NCBI GenBank assembly: GCA_028286615.1 | Contig: JAQBRG010000008.1 | Span: forward strand, 1 to 47,403 | Origin: Parcubacteria group bacterium | GTDB lineage: Bacteria > Patescibacteriota > Minisyncoccia > Phycocordibacterales > Phycocordibacteraceae | Length of the DNA stretch: 47,403 bases | Direction of reading: 5' to 3' | Part shown: piece after piece, positions 28,804 to 37,254 of the stretch | Layout: the number at the start of each line of letters is the position of its first letter | Numbering within the stretch: the stretch's first letter is position 1 | Made by a program: the position numbers and the translations under genes | Notes under the pieces: model-generated | Database searches by the model: none | What the model was told of the DNA's origin: nothing | Seen by the model: only the letters and a program-made list of their open reading frames with translations

Positions 28804-29916
28804 ATGCAGGTTATCATTGGAAAAGATGGCTGGATGGAGTCCGTTACGTTTCTTCGCCCATCGAACTTCCATGCGCATCTGCGCCGCGCGCAGCTAATGC
28901 AGGCGATGGCGAAGATCATCATGCAGTACGTGTTGTATCTGCTGGTGATGCCGAACACCGGACCCATACGCACCATGGAAGAAGCTCTCAAGTATTACGA
29001 CGAGCTCATGGAAATTGCTGAACGGGAGGGACTGAAGAAGCTTCGGTTGATTATGACGTTGTATCACACCAAGGACATTACAATCTCTGTTATCGAGGAG
29101 ATCGCAAATTCCACAATCGTCCGCGCGATCAAGCACTATCCTCCGCATCCCGGTGCAACAACCGGAAGCGGTTTCGGTATGGCACTTGAAGATAGTGATT
29201 ATCAATTTGAGGCCATGGCTGCGAACGGAGTTCCCCTTTTGGGTCACTTTGAAGCCGTGGTCGACAAATATAATCGTCCGCTGGATCCTAAGCACGGCGA
29301 AGCCCACATGGTGCGTGAGCATTTGTGGCGGCTGCGAGACAAGCACCCCAACCTTCGCATCTGCTTTGAGCACGTAAGCACGAAGGAGGGGGTCGACTGG
29401 GTAAAGGCTGATACATCGGGCAATACCGTCGCCACCATTACCCCTCACCACCCCTTCTTCAATGAAGGAGACCTCGAGCGTGAGGGACCGGATCTCAAGT
29501 GCAAGCCTACCGTCCAAACTCCAGAAAACCAGGAGGCTGTAACCGATTTTATGGTCTCGGGAGATCCTCGAGCAATTTCAGGTGACGATGACGCGCCACA
29601 TCCCAGCAAGACCAAGCACGTTTCCTTCGAGGATGCAGCAAACGGTTGCGCACTTCCGCATGCCATTCCGATGTACGCGAACAAATTCATCGAGAGAAAG
29701 GCGATGGATCAGAGGTTCGAAAACTTCATGTCCCTTAACGGCCCGCGTTGGTGGGGGCTTGAACCTCCAGCCAATGACGACACCATTACGATCGTGCGCA
29801 GCGACGACGACATGCCCGAACCTATTCCAATTCCGGGAACTGATGACGTTGTCGTGCCTCTAGGATGGCGGGCTGGTGCTGACAGACTCCGTCTTGGTTT
29901 GGCTGTAAAAGGCTAG
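28804..29916 (+). CDS. pyrC: Class II dihydroorotase
   Basis: All metal and carboxy-lysine positions of E. coli PyrC can be matched by eye: FHAHLR (HxH), AIKHYP (Lys), LLGHFE (His), FEHVST (His), ATITPHH and GDDDAPH (Asp). Confidence 0.75.
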   Translation: MQVIIGKDGWMESVTFLRPSNFHAHLRRAQLMQAMAKIIMQYVLYLLVMPNTGPIRTMEEALKYYDELMEIAEREGLKKLRLIMTLYHTKDITISVIEEIANSTIVRAIKHYPPHPGATTGSGFGMALEDSDYQFEAMAANGVPLLGHFEAVVDKYNRPLDPKHGEAHMVREHLWRLRDKHPNLRICFEHVSTKEGVDWVKADTSGNTVATITPHHPFFNEGDLEREGPDLKCKPTVQTPENQEAVTDFMVSGDPRAISGDDDAPHPSKTKHVSFEDAANGCALPHAIPMYANKFIERKAMDQRFENFMSLNGPRWWGLEPPANDDTITIVRSDDDMPEPIPIPGTDDVVVPLGWRAGADRLRLGLAVKG

Positions 29917-29928
29917 CCGAACAAGACT

Positions 29929-29960
29929 GCCCCGGCGCCAAGCGTCGGGGCTTTTGTTTT
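29929..29960 (+). terminator. Intrinsic terminator after pyrC
   Basis: GCCCCG-GCGCCAAGCGT-CGGGGC hairpin followed by TTTTGTTTT. Confidence 0.75.
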
Positions 29961-29961
29961 G

Positions 29962-30035
29962 TGCGCCCATCAGGACTCGAACCTGAAACCGCTTAGGTAT
30001 AAGCTAAGTGCTCTAACCAATTGAGCTATAGGCGC
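29962..30035 (-). tRNA. tRNA-Ile (anticodon UAU)
   Basis: The reverse complement folds as GCGCCTA-TA-GCTC-AATTGGTTA-GAGC-A-CTTAG-CTTATAC-CTAAG-CGGTT-TCAGG-TTCGAGT-CCTGA-TGGGCGC-A. The anticodon loop C-T-TAT-A-C gives UAU. Confidence 0.85.
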
Positions 30036-30113
30036 CCAATCAATCTACCAGAGTCTGCTATTCTTTTACAGGAACCCTTTCTTTGGAGCATACCAATGCG
30101 CATCTTCCGACCT

Positions 30114-30356
30114 CTAAGGCGAGCCGGGCATTGGCTTCTGGTCATGCTGTGGAGACTCGTACTCAAACCATCGCTGACTCTCGGCCTTATTGGACTCATG
30201 TCCTCTATCCATCTGTCGATACGTATTGCGTTCGTTGTTAGATTCCCGCAGTACGTGATTATTCTCACGCGCCGGCAATTCAATATCAACGAACGTAGGC
30301 GCTGTTCGTTCCTCTTGTATAGAGCTCGCCGCCATAAGGACTTGTCGCCTGAGCAA
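30114..30356 (-). CDS. Possible small acidic/polar protein (weak call)
   Basis: It is one of three mutually overlapping ORFs between tRNA-Ile and the ftsH terminator. This frame has the least Leu/Arg/Ser-biased composition, but I see no recognisable motif and no clear SD. Confidence 0.25.
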   Translation of the reverse strand: MLRRQVLMAASSIQEERTAPTFVDIELPARENNHVLRESNNERNTYRQMDRGHESNKAESQRWFEYESPQHDQKPMPGSP

Positions 30357-30469
30357 TGGGAGGAGCTGCTTTCGTTCGTTGAGCTAGGTCTCATTCGCAC
30401 TAGCGACGAACGACACTGGTACCGAGTCAACGGATTCGCTACCTGGCACGAGAAGATTGTTGTTATATA

Positions 30470-30512
30470 AAAAGAACCGCCCCGAAGCTTATAGCTTAGG
30501 GGCGGAACTTCT
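30470..30512. terminator. Strong bidirectional terminator downstream of ftsH
   Basis: CCGCCCC-GAAGCTTATAGCTTA-GGGGCGG, with a T-run on the minus strand (TTCTTTTT) and a T-rich tail on the plus strand. Confidence 0.75.
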
Positions 30513-30522
30513 TTACTAGTTT

Positions 30523-32469
30523 TTAGATTGCTACTTCCTCCTCTTCTTCCTTAGACTTCGGTGTTATGCCGTTAGCGATAAGAATCTTTTCAAACTCTTC
30601 GCGCTCAAGCGTCTCAACCTCAACCAATCTCTTGGTTATAGCGTTAAGTGCTCCACGATGCGTACTGAGTACTTCTCGTGCCTTAACCTTTCCTTCCTCG
30701 ATGATACGCGTAACTTCGGCATCTATCTTTGCTGCAATTTCCTGAGAGTAGGTTTCGTTGCGGTAGCTATGATCGGTAGCAAAAGCTACTGGACCAACCA
30801 CGTCGCTCATACCGTAACGAGAGACCATGTCGCGTGCGAGTGCTGTTATAACCGCAAGATCGTTAGAAGGACCGGTGGTGATGTCGCCATATACCATCTC
30901 TTCTGCAACGAATCCCCCGAGCGTTGCTGCGATGTCATCAAGGAAGCTCTTTCTTGATTGCATCTTCTTGTCGTCAAACGGAAGTTTGAGCGTGTATCCA
31001 GCTGCACGTCCTCGGCTAATGATAGAGATCTTGTGAACTGGGTCTGCGTGCTCAAGGACTGAAGACACAAGTGCGTGTCCTGCTTCGTGGTACGCAGTAA
31101 GTTCCTTCTCTCTCTTGCCGAGCAAGTGACTCTTGCGTTCCGGACCGAGCATAACCTTTTCAATAGAACGGATGAGATCGTACTGGGTAATCTCTTTGCG
31201 TTCTTCGCGAGCAGCAAGAATAGCTGCTTCGTTCATAAGCGAGTAGAGTTCGGCACCTGAGAATCCAGGAGTACGCTCTGCAATAACATCAAAGTTAATA
31301 TCGGGACCAAATGGCTTCTTACGCGCATGCACAGAAAGAATCTCGAGACGGTCTTTGCGATCTGGGAGATCAATCGTTACGCGGCGGTCAAAGCGTCCTG
31401 GGCGAAGAAGCGCCGGATCAAGAACATCAGGACGGTTTGTAGCGGCCATAACAATAACCTTCTCTGTTGGATCGAATCCGTCCATCTCAACAAGAATCTG
31501 GTTAAGGGTCTGTTCACGTTCGTCATTCCCTCCTCCGATACCCGTACCGCGTACGCGTCCAACCGCATCAATTTCGTCCACGAAGATAATAGAAGGTGCT
31601 GTGCGCTTAGCCATATTAAAGAGGTCTCGTACGCGTGAAGCTCCCACACCCACGAACATCTCAACGAATTCAGAACCTGAGATGGAGAAGAACGGTACGC
31701 CAGCCTCTCCCGCAACGGCACGAGCGAGCAACGTCTTTCCTGTACCTGGTGCACCCATAAGAAGAATGCCTTTAGGGATACGCGCTCCTATATCAAGGAA
31801 CTTCTTCGGGTTCTTGAGGAAGTCCACAATCTCGAGGAGTTCTTCTTTTGCCTCCTTGGCACCAGCGACGTCAGCAAATGTAACGCGCTGCGCAGTGTCT
31901 GATGGATCAATCATGCGTGCCTTGCTCTGTCCGAATGAAAGCGCCTGCATGCCTGCCCCCTTAACCTGACGCGTGAGGAACCAGAACAATCCTGCGAGCA
32001 AGATAATAGGAAGAATGATTGGAGCAAGACTAAGGAACCAGAATTTAAATCCTGATTCGTTTGCAATGGTGGTTGAGACAACAGAAAGCTGTTCAGGAGT
32101 AACGCCATACGCCGCGAGAGTCTCTGGAAGTCCTGCATCAGGATCTTTCATGGCGGTCTTCTCAATGCCGTCGTTGTACTTAAGCTCAAGCTGGTTGCCT
32201 GAGATCTTTATTGAATTCACGAGCCCTGCCTTAACATCTCCTGCAACCTGAGAGAGGGCTATCTCATCCCTCTTAGTTCCGGGTCCAACGAATGTGCTGT
32301 AGAGAGAAACTATAAGAAGGAGCACCAAAATGGTTGAAAGAATGTTTCCAGCGAATCCTGGAGTACCCGGTGTGAGGAAACGGCCCGGACCATTTTTCTT
32401 TCCCTTTCCTTTCTGAGGCGGGGTTGGCTTCTTGGGAGGCTTTATAGCAGGTTTTTTAGTAGGTGACAT
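30523..32469 (-). CDS. ftsH: ATP-dependent zinc metalloprotease FtsH
   Basis: AAA+ Walker A GAPGTGKT, Walker B IIFVDEID, the second region of homology, and zinc motif HEAGHA. I prefer the ATG at 32469 (MSPTKKP). Confidence 0.95.
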   Translation of the reverse strand: MSPTKKPAIKPPKKPTPPQKGKGKKNGPGRFLTPGTPGFAGNILSTILVLLLIVSLYSTFVGPGTKRDEIALSQVAGDVKAGLVNSIKISGNQLELKYNDGIEKTAMKDPDAGLPETLAAYGVTPEQLSVVSTTIANESGFKFWFLSLAPIILPIILLAGLFWFLTRQVKGAGMQALSFGQSKARMIDPSDTAQRVTFADVAGAKEAKEELLEIVDFLKNPKKFLDIGARIPKGILLMGAPGTGKTLLARAVAGEAGVPFFSISGSEFVEMFVGVGASRVRDLFNMAKRTAPSIIFVDEIDAVGRVRGTGIGGGNDEREQTLNQILVEMDGFDPTEKVIVMAATNRPDVLDPALLRPGRFDRRVTIDLPDRKDRLEILSVHARKKPFGPDINFDVIAERTPGFSGAELYSLMNEAAILAAREERKEITQYDLIRSIEKVMLGPERKSHLLGKREKELTAYHEAGHALVSSVLEHADPVHKISIISRGRAAGYTLKLPFDDKKMQSRKSFLDDIAATLGGFVAEEMVYGDITTGPSNDLAVITALARDMVSRYGMSDVVGPVAFATDHSYRNETYSQEIAAKIDAEVTRIIEEGKVKAREVLSTHRGALNAITKRLVEVETLEREEFEKILIANGITPKSKEEEEEVAI

Positions 32470-32549
32470 ATGTATAAGAACTATACAATAGAGCGTGAAG
32501 GAAGGCGAAAGAAGAAGCATTTCTAGACCAAACCTGCTACCCTCATACC

Positions 32550-32990
32550 ATGAGTCTTATAGAGAACAAGAAGGCGCATCTGCGCTTTGAGGTGCTCGAA
32601 ACCTATCAAGCAGGTCTCGAACTTTCAGGCGCAGAAGCAAAAGCAATCCGTCAGAAGCACGGGAAGCTTGATGGTGCCCGCGTGTTGGTACGCGGCGGAG
32701 AGGCATACATTATAGGTATGTCTGTTCCTCCCTATCAGGTTGCGAATACTCCTGCAGGATATGAGCCTGCTCGTCCTCGCAAACTTCTTCTTAAGAAGAA
32801 AGAAATAGCTGAATTGCTTGAGGCTGAGGCGAAGAAAGGGTTGACAGTTGTGCCTTTAGAGGTATATAGTAGTGGGAGATACCTCAAGATTCGCGTTGCG
32901 ATTGTTCGTGGAAAGAACAAAGAAGACAAACGCGAAGACATGAAAAAGAAAGACGCGCAGCGTGAAGCATCGCGTCTTTTGAAACGCTAG
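32550..32990 (+). CDS. smpB: SsrA-binding protein
   Basis: 146 aa with IENKKAHLRFEVLETYQAGLELSGAEAKAIR and a basic C-terminal tail. It lies directly upstream of the tmRNA. Confidence 0.93.
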   Translation: MSLIENKKAHLRFEVLETYQAGLELSGAEAKAIRQKHGKLDGARVLVRGGEAYIIGMSVPPYQVANTPAGYEPARPRKLLLKKKEIAELLEAEAKKGLTVVPLEVYSSGRYLKIRVAIVRGKNKEDKREDMKKKDAQREASRLLKR

Positions 32991-33038
32991 TGGGCCGCTC
33001 GCGATCCACGAACCACTCTCCTGATTGGTTCGTGGATC

Positions 33039-33447
33039 GGGGGTGACCGGCTTTGACGGTCTGTACTTTGAGAGACGTGCGACGCAGTGGAAGGTTGTTG
33101 ACCACTTAAATCTCGCAACCACAAATACTTGCAAACAAAACTGCAAGCGTGTCTCCTTACTTTACTGCTAAGGATTTCACGTTCGCTTACGCGTAAGGGT
33201 TGAGCCTCGGCTCCTCTTCGCCTAAGCGACGTCTCTTTTTCTAGGTTCTCGTAGCTAGGAACTGAGGCGGAATTCTCTACGAGATCGGTATCGAGGGTTT
33301 CCCAGCTCTCGGCTTAAAAGATGGGATTAGGCAGGAACGTTTTCGCTCGAGTTCCTATGTTTCTGCTGAACCTACAACACGAGCTATGCGTCGTAGATTC
33401 GCTCTTAAAGCCAGATTCGGACCGGAGTTCAACTCTCCGCACCTCCA
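33039..33447 (+). ncRNA. ssrA: tmRNA (ssrA)
   Basis: The 5' GGGGGTGACCGGCTTTGACGG pairs with the 3' CACCTCC, including a G3-U wobble. The T arm is CGGAG-TTCAACT-CTCCG. The candidate tag ORF at 33131-33196 is GCA AAC AAA ... GCG TAA, giving ANKTASVSPYFTAKDFTFAYA. CCA is not encoded. Confidence 0.85.
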
Positions 33448-33458
33448 CATGGTTTCAT

Positions 33459-33484
33459 TAAAAGGCCCTAACGGGCCTTTTAAT
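33459..33484 (+). terminator. Intrinsic terminator after ssrA
   Basis: AAAGGCCC-TAAC-GGGCCTTT hairpin followed by a T-rich tail. Confidence 0.7.
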
Positions 33485-33567
33485 ATATACACGTCTTTAT
33501 CGTTGGGAGGTTCTACTATTCTGCAGCCATCTATCATAGAGCCCTTATTTCCCACCACCTCTCCTGC

Positions 33568-34893
33568 TCACATTGAAGGCTTGCTTTGATTTAACTTTGC
33601 AACCAAAAGCGTCAGTACGTTGTGAACAGAAGTTGATGTCATGCTTCTTGTAGTCTCGGTCCGCTGTACATACCCCCTATGGGCGTAATTGTTTCTGAGT
33701 TTGTACAAATCATCAAACCAAGGCTTTAACTCAGGCTTCAGTACATTGATAGCTCCAATAATGTATTTGGTCATGTCTTTGGTAATCCCTTTCGGAACAA
33801 ATAGATGTTCTAGACAACAATAAATTTGAAGGATTTTTGCACCTAAGTCTGGAATCTGTGTAGCGGAACTTAATATATCCAAAGTTGGAGCAATATCGCT
33901 AATACATGGACTAGTCCATGGATTTTTCAGATGCTCAAAAATCACTTTCGATTCGTTAAAAACCTTTTCAACCCCGCCTAAGTTTCTTCCATCTAAAAAC
34001 ATTGGGACAATACCTCGATACCCAAAGGACAGAAACAAGACGCCATCAGGAATCTTTTCCCAGGGTTTCTTTTCGTCCTCCTCCCAACTGTAGCCACCTC
34101 CCATAGCCTCAGGTCTCAGCATATACGGTGAGGAAGGTGCCATGATTTGAACTTTACCGGTTCCAAAATCTACTTGAGCTGGATACAAAAAAGCTGCAAC
34201 TCTTAAGACATTCAGGAAGGCGCGTAGTCGAGCTGTCCCGACAAAATACACGTACGTCCAACTTCCTTCGGTTTCGTAGCTAAAAGCTAAAGGACAATGT
34301 CGAATCGAGTCTGCTCCGGCTCCTGGATATAAATCTGTAAAAGTTTTATTGAACTTCGCATGACGTTTTTCTTGATCAAAATCCACGTATGCTCTGTAGG
34401 ACGGATCAAATTTTCCAAAGAACCCATCGAAAAACTCAGACCGAGTCTTTTCTGTTTCAAAATCTCTCAAGTCACTAATCTCCACGACTAGTGCACGCTT
34501 TATTATTGATCCCTCAAGGGCCAGTAAGTGTTTTTCAATTATGTCTTCGATCTTTTCACTCTTTTCACTCCAACTGAAAACAAAAGCACGTTCTGCAAAT
34601 AGGTCTGATCCACCAGCTCTCTGCGCAAATTCATGATCTGTCTGACAAGCCTTTAAAAGCTTCGCCTTAAAACAAATAGTGACGATATCTAGCGGTGCTA
34701 TCTTAAGATCTTTTTCTTCGAATTCCTGAAATAAACTTAGGAGCTCAGTCAGCAAGGCCCTTCTTTGGTAATACTTTTCTTTCCCCCACTTATCAAGTAA
34801 TGGCATTTGCATCGCAAGTGCTACTTCCGTCTCGGCAACGGCTTCAAGTCTTATAAAGGTTTCCTCACCAACTGAATTTCTAATCGCTGACAT
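33568..34893 (-). CDS. Large hypothetical protein with a C-terminal HEPN-type RNxxAH motif (candidate RNase/abortive-infection effector)
   Basis: 441 aa. The C-terminal helical region is CCLEHLF...WFDDLYKLRNNYAHRGY, with the Rx4H at 33679-33696. I recognise no motif in the N-terminal ~330 aa. Confidence 0.7.
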   Translation of the reverse strand: MSAIRNSVGEETFIRLEAVAETEVALAMQMPLLDKWGKEKYYQRRALLTELLSLFQEFEEKDLKIAPLDIVTICFKAKLLKACQTDHEFAQRAGGSDLFAERAFVFSWSEKSEKIEDIIEKHLLALEGSIIKRALVVEISDLRDFETEKTRSEFFDGFFGKFDPSYRAYVDFDQEKRHAKFNKTFTDLYPGAGADSIRHCPLAFSYETEGSWTYVYFVGTARLRAFLNVLRVAAFLYPAQVDFGTGKVQIMAPSSPYMLRPEAMGGGYSWEEDEKKPWEKIPDGVLFLSFGYRGIVPMFLDGRNLGGVEKVFNESKVIFEHLKNPWTSPCISDIAPTLDILSSATQIPDLGAKILQIYCCLEHLFVPKGITKDMTKYIIGAINVLKPELKPWFDDLYKLRNNYAHRGYVQRTETTRSMTSTSVHNVLTLLVAKLNQSKPSM

Positions 34894-34894
34894 T

Positions 34895-35431
34895 TTATTC
34901 GAAATTCGTTTTCACTCTTACTTTCTCTGTCATTTCGTTAACGCTGATATACCCAAGCGCATCCACATCAGGGTTATAGAGCTCAATCATATCGAGATCG
35001 TCACGCGGGAAAATTCGTGCGCCAGGAATGGCTTCTCCCTGCTGGAGTGATTCTTTCGTCTTCTTATAGCGCTCCGGCTCCATAACGAAATCTATATCAC
35101 CTGCCTGCGCGCGATAGATGTCTGGCTGACGAATGTAGAGATGGGTGTAGGTGGCTTCCGGTATATCCCCTTCTGCTGGAATGACGATAGGTTCGTGAAG
35201 ACGGAAATACTTCTGATTTTCGTTATCGGACTCTTCCGTGAGTTGCTTGCGCAGTTCAGTCAGGAATTTGTATTCCTCATCGTAGTGACAGAAAAAGCCG
35301 ACATTCCCTGCTATAGGTAGGTATTCATCAAGAGAGGCGTTGCAGAGCTTGAAGCACTCGATATGGATATGTCGAATGGCTTCGAGTAGGTCTGCATGGG
35401 TCGTGACAGGACTGAAACGGTATAGCTTCAT
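34895..35431 (-). CDS. Hypothetical protein, translationally coupled partner of the HEPN-motif gene
   Basis: Its stop TAA is 1 nt before the ATG of the downstream gene. I prefer the ATG at 35431 (MKLYRFSPV). No recognisable domain. Confidence 0.6.
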   Translation of the reverse strand: MKLYRFSPVTTHADLLEAIRHIHIECFKLCNASLDEYLPIAGNVGFFCHYDEEYKFLTELRKQLTEESDNENQKYFRLHEPIVIPAEGDIPEATYTHLYIRQPDIYRAQAGDIDFVMEPERYKKTKESLQQGEAIPGARIFPRDDLDMIELYNPDVDALGYISVNEMTEKVRVKTNFE

Positions 35432-35498
35432 GGCCCTAAGTATATGCCTATTTTCTATATGCTCTAGGCCCGCAACGTAGGTGCTACCATGTGAGGAA

Positions 35499-36092
35499 AT
35501 GAAAGAAGCAATAGGAGTCATCGGGGTGATTCTCACGTTCGTCGCCTACATTCCCTATTACCGAGACATCATCTCTGGTAAGACTCGACCTCATGTATAC
35601 AGCTGGTCGTTGTGGAGTTTGCTTACGATTCTGATTGTTGCTCTACAGATACAGGGAGGTGCTGGTCCGGCTACGTGGGTAACAGCGGCAGCAGGACTTT
35701 TGTGCGTAGGTGTAGTCTTTCTAAGCTTAAGGAATGGCAAGAAGGACATAACGAAGTCCGACACAGCTGTCGCTATTCTTTCCTTACTTGCGATTGTTTT
35801 CTGGCTTTTCATTCATCAACCAGAAATCTCGCTTACACTAGTGATAGTTGCTGACTTGCTCGCCTTCATACCAACTGTGCGTAAATCGTATATTGATCCT
35901 TACTCCGAGACCTTATCGCTTTACATAACTAATGCGCTTCGTTTTGGGCTGACCTTGCTCGCAGTTGAGCACTATACGTACCTCTCATCTGCATGGGTTA
36001 TTGCTTGGGCGGTAGGTAATGCATTGCTCTCTCTGCTCCTTATCGCACGCAGAATGAAGCTTCGAAAAGGAGGTTCTAATCTAGCGTCCTAG
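35499..36092 (+). CDS. Polytopic membrane protein (about 6 TM)
   Basis: Hydrophobic throughout. ATG 35499 is preceded by GAGGA. It is divergent from the two-gene module. Its last codons contain a GGTTCTAATCTAG motif copy. Confidence 0.6.
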   Translation: MKEAIGVIGVILTFVAYIPYYRDIISGKTRPHVYSWSLWSLLTILIVALQIQGGAGPATWVTAAAGLLCVGVVFLSLRNGKKDITKSDTAVAILSLLAIVFWLFIHQPEISLTLVIVADLLAFIPTVRKSYIDPYSETLSLYITNALRFGLTLLAVEHYTYLSSAWVIAWAVGNALLSLLLIARRMKLRKGGSNLAS

Positions 36093-36149
36093 TTCTGAGT
36101 ACCCCGTAGGTACGTATTGGCTTTCGTGTACTCATGGTGATACCCAGTC

Positions 36150-36295
36150 ATCAACCACTCGTAGGAAATATGAGGAGCCGTTTAGCATCAGCGAAGTTCT
36201 AACCTGGAATAACCAATTCCACAACTATACTCATTTTGAGTACACTCACTATGCTTAGAAAGCCGCCCATGAGGCGGCTTTCAATGTTAGAATCT
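36150..36295 (+). repeat. Cassette-boundary repeat, copy C (37-nt conserved module plus GC hairpin)
   Basis: The module at 36187-36223 is ATCAGCGAAGTTCTAACCTGGAATAACCAATTCCACA. The hairpin is GAAAGCCGCC-CATGA-GGCGGCTTTC (36258-36282), and GTTAGAATCTCTACAT follows at the end. Confidence 0.7.
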
Positions 36296-36299
36296 CTAC

Positions 36300-36602
36300 A
36301 TGTTTGAAGTTGCTGCAATACTACTGATCCCAACAGTTATTCTCTCGTTCATTATTCTGGGATTATTCCGTTTACTTACAAAGGTAATCCGTATTAATCG
36401 CTTTGGGACATCCATCTTTGGAGCGATAGTATTTCGTCTCTGTGAATTGGCCATTTATATAGGCGGAATGACATATATAACAAACATCTACGCCTACGGC
36501 GGAAAAATGACCTTTTCGGCGATACTTGCAATAGTATTTGCTGTTTATTATGCGATTTATTTAGGCATTGACCTATTGATCCATAGAAAGAGACTGTCCT
36601 AG
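36300..36602 (+). CDS. Small membrane protein (3 TM)
   Basis: 100-aa hydrophobic ORF bounded by repeat copies C and D. Confidence 0.5.
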   Translation: MFEVAAILLIPTVILSFIILGLFRLLTKVIRINRFGTSIFGAIVFRLCELAIYIGGMTYITNIYAYGGKMTFSAILAIVFAVYYAIYLGIDLLIHRKRLS

Positions 36603-36619
36603 GCTTTCCAAGAATCAAT

Positions 36620-36735
36620 AATTCGTGGGAAGTGTGTGGAACTGCTTTGTATCAGCGAGGTTCTTATATCGGATAACAACCTCCACGCATAAGGAAAATG
36701 AGAGAACCTCCCAAGGGGCGGCTCTCTCATTTCTT
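36620..36735 (+). repeat. Cassette-boundary repeat, copy D
   Basis: The module at 36651-36687 is ATCAGCGAGGTTCTTATATCGGATAACAACCTCCACG. It is followed by the hairpin AAATGAGAGA...TCTCTCATTT (about 36696-36732) and a T-rich tail. Confidence 0.7.
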
Positions 36736-36809
36736 AAAATTACTCTACGCCGGCTGCCAAAGCTCAATAGGATTTCCTTCTGGCTGGATTGAGTAGCCCG
36801 AGTTAGATA

Positions 36810-37175
36810 TTATTTAAAATATGCTCCTGTAAGAATTACAGGCAATATAAATACTATGACAGAAAGGAAGTATGGCCCAAAGAGCAGAGCTCCTGTCACC
36901 ATCGCTATGATTCCCAGGGCTCTTGCGAGTTGATAGCCGAGAGACCCCTTTGTACCTTTTACATGAGACTTGGATAACCTTCTATAGAAATAAATAGTAA
37001 CCAGAAATGCGAATACCATTCCTCCCAATACAAATCCGTTTGGGTCGTAATTACCCATACTTTTAACAGCTGGGTAAAAAAGAGAGATGGTTATTATTGC
37101 TGCTACTGAAGTAATTATCTGGTCTTTATGACTAGGAACTTTTGTTGAGAGCGGTGACGTATTTTGAGTTTCCAT
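36810..37175 (-). CDS. Small membrane protein (about 3 TM)
   Basis: 121-aa hydrophobic ORF bounded by repeat copies D and E. Confidence 0.5.
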   Translation of the reverse strand: METQNTSPLSTKVPSHKDQIITSVAAIITISLFYPAVKSMGNYDPNGFVLGGMVFAFLVTIYFYRRLSKSHVKGTKGSLGYQLARALGIIAMVTGALLFGPYFLSVIVFILPVILTGAYFK

Positions 37176-37254
37176 GTCCCAAGCATAACAATGTAGACAC
37201 GGAAGTAAATCACTTGTCCGCTGACACCAAAAGAAGCCAGCTTAGACTTTCCAC

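Noticed and set aside
28894-29517. 207-aa minus-strand ORF
   Set aside because: It is antisense to the pyrC gene, in which all catalytic residues are conserved.
31355-31969. 204-aa plus-strand ORF (with neighbours 31327-31638 and 31973-32251)
   Set aside because: It is antisense to ftsH, whose AAA+ and HEAGH motifs are unambiguous.
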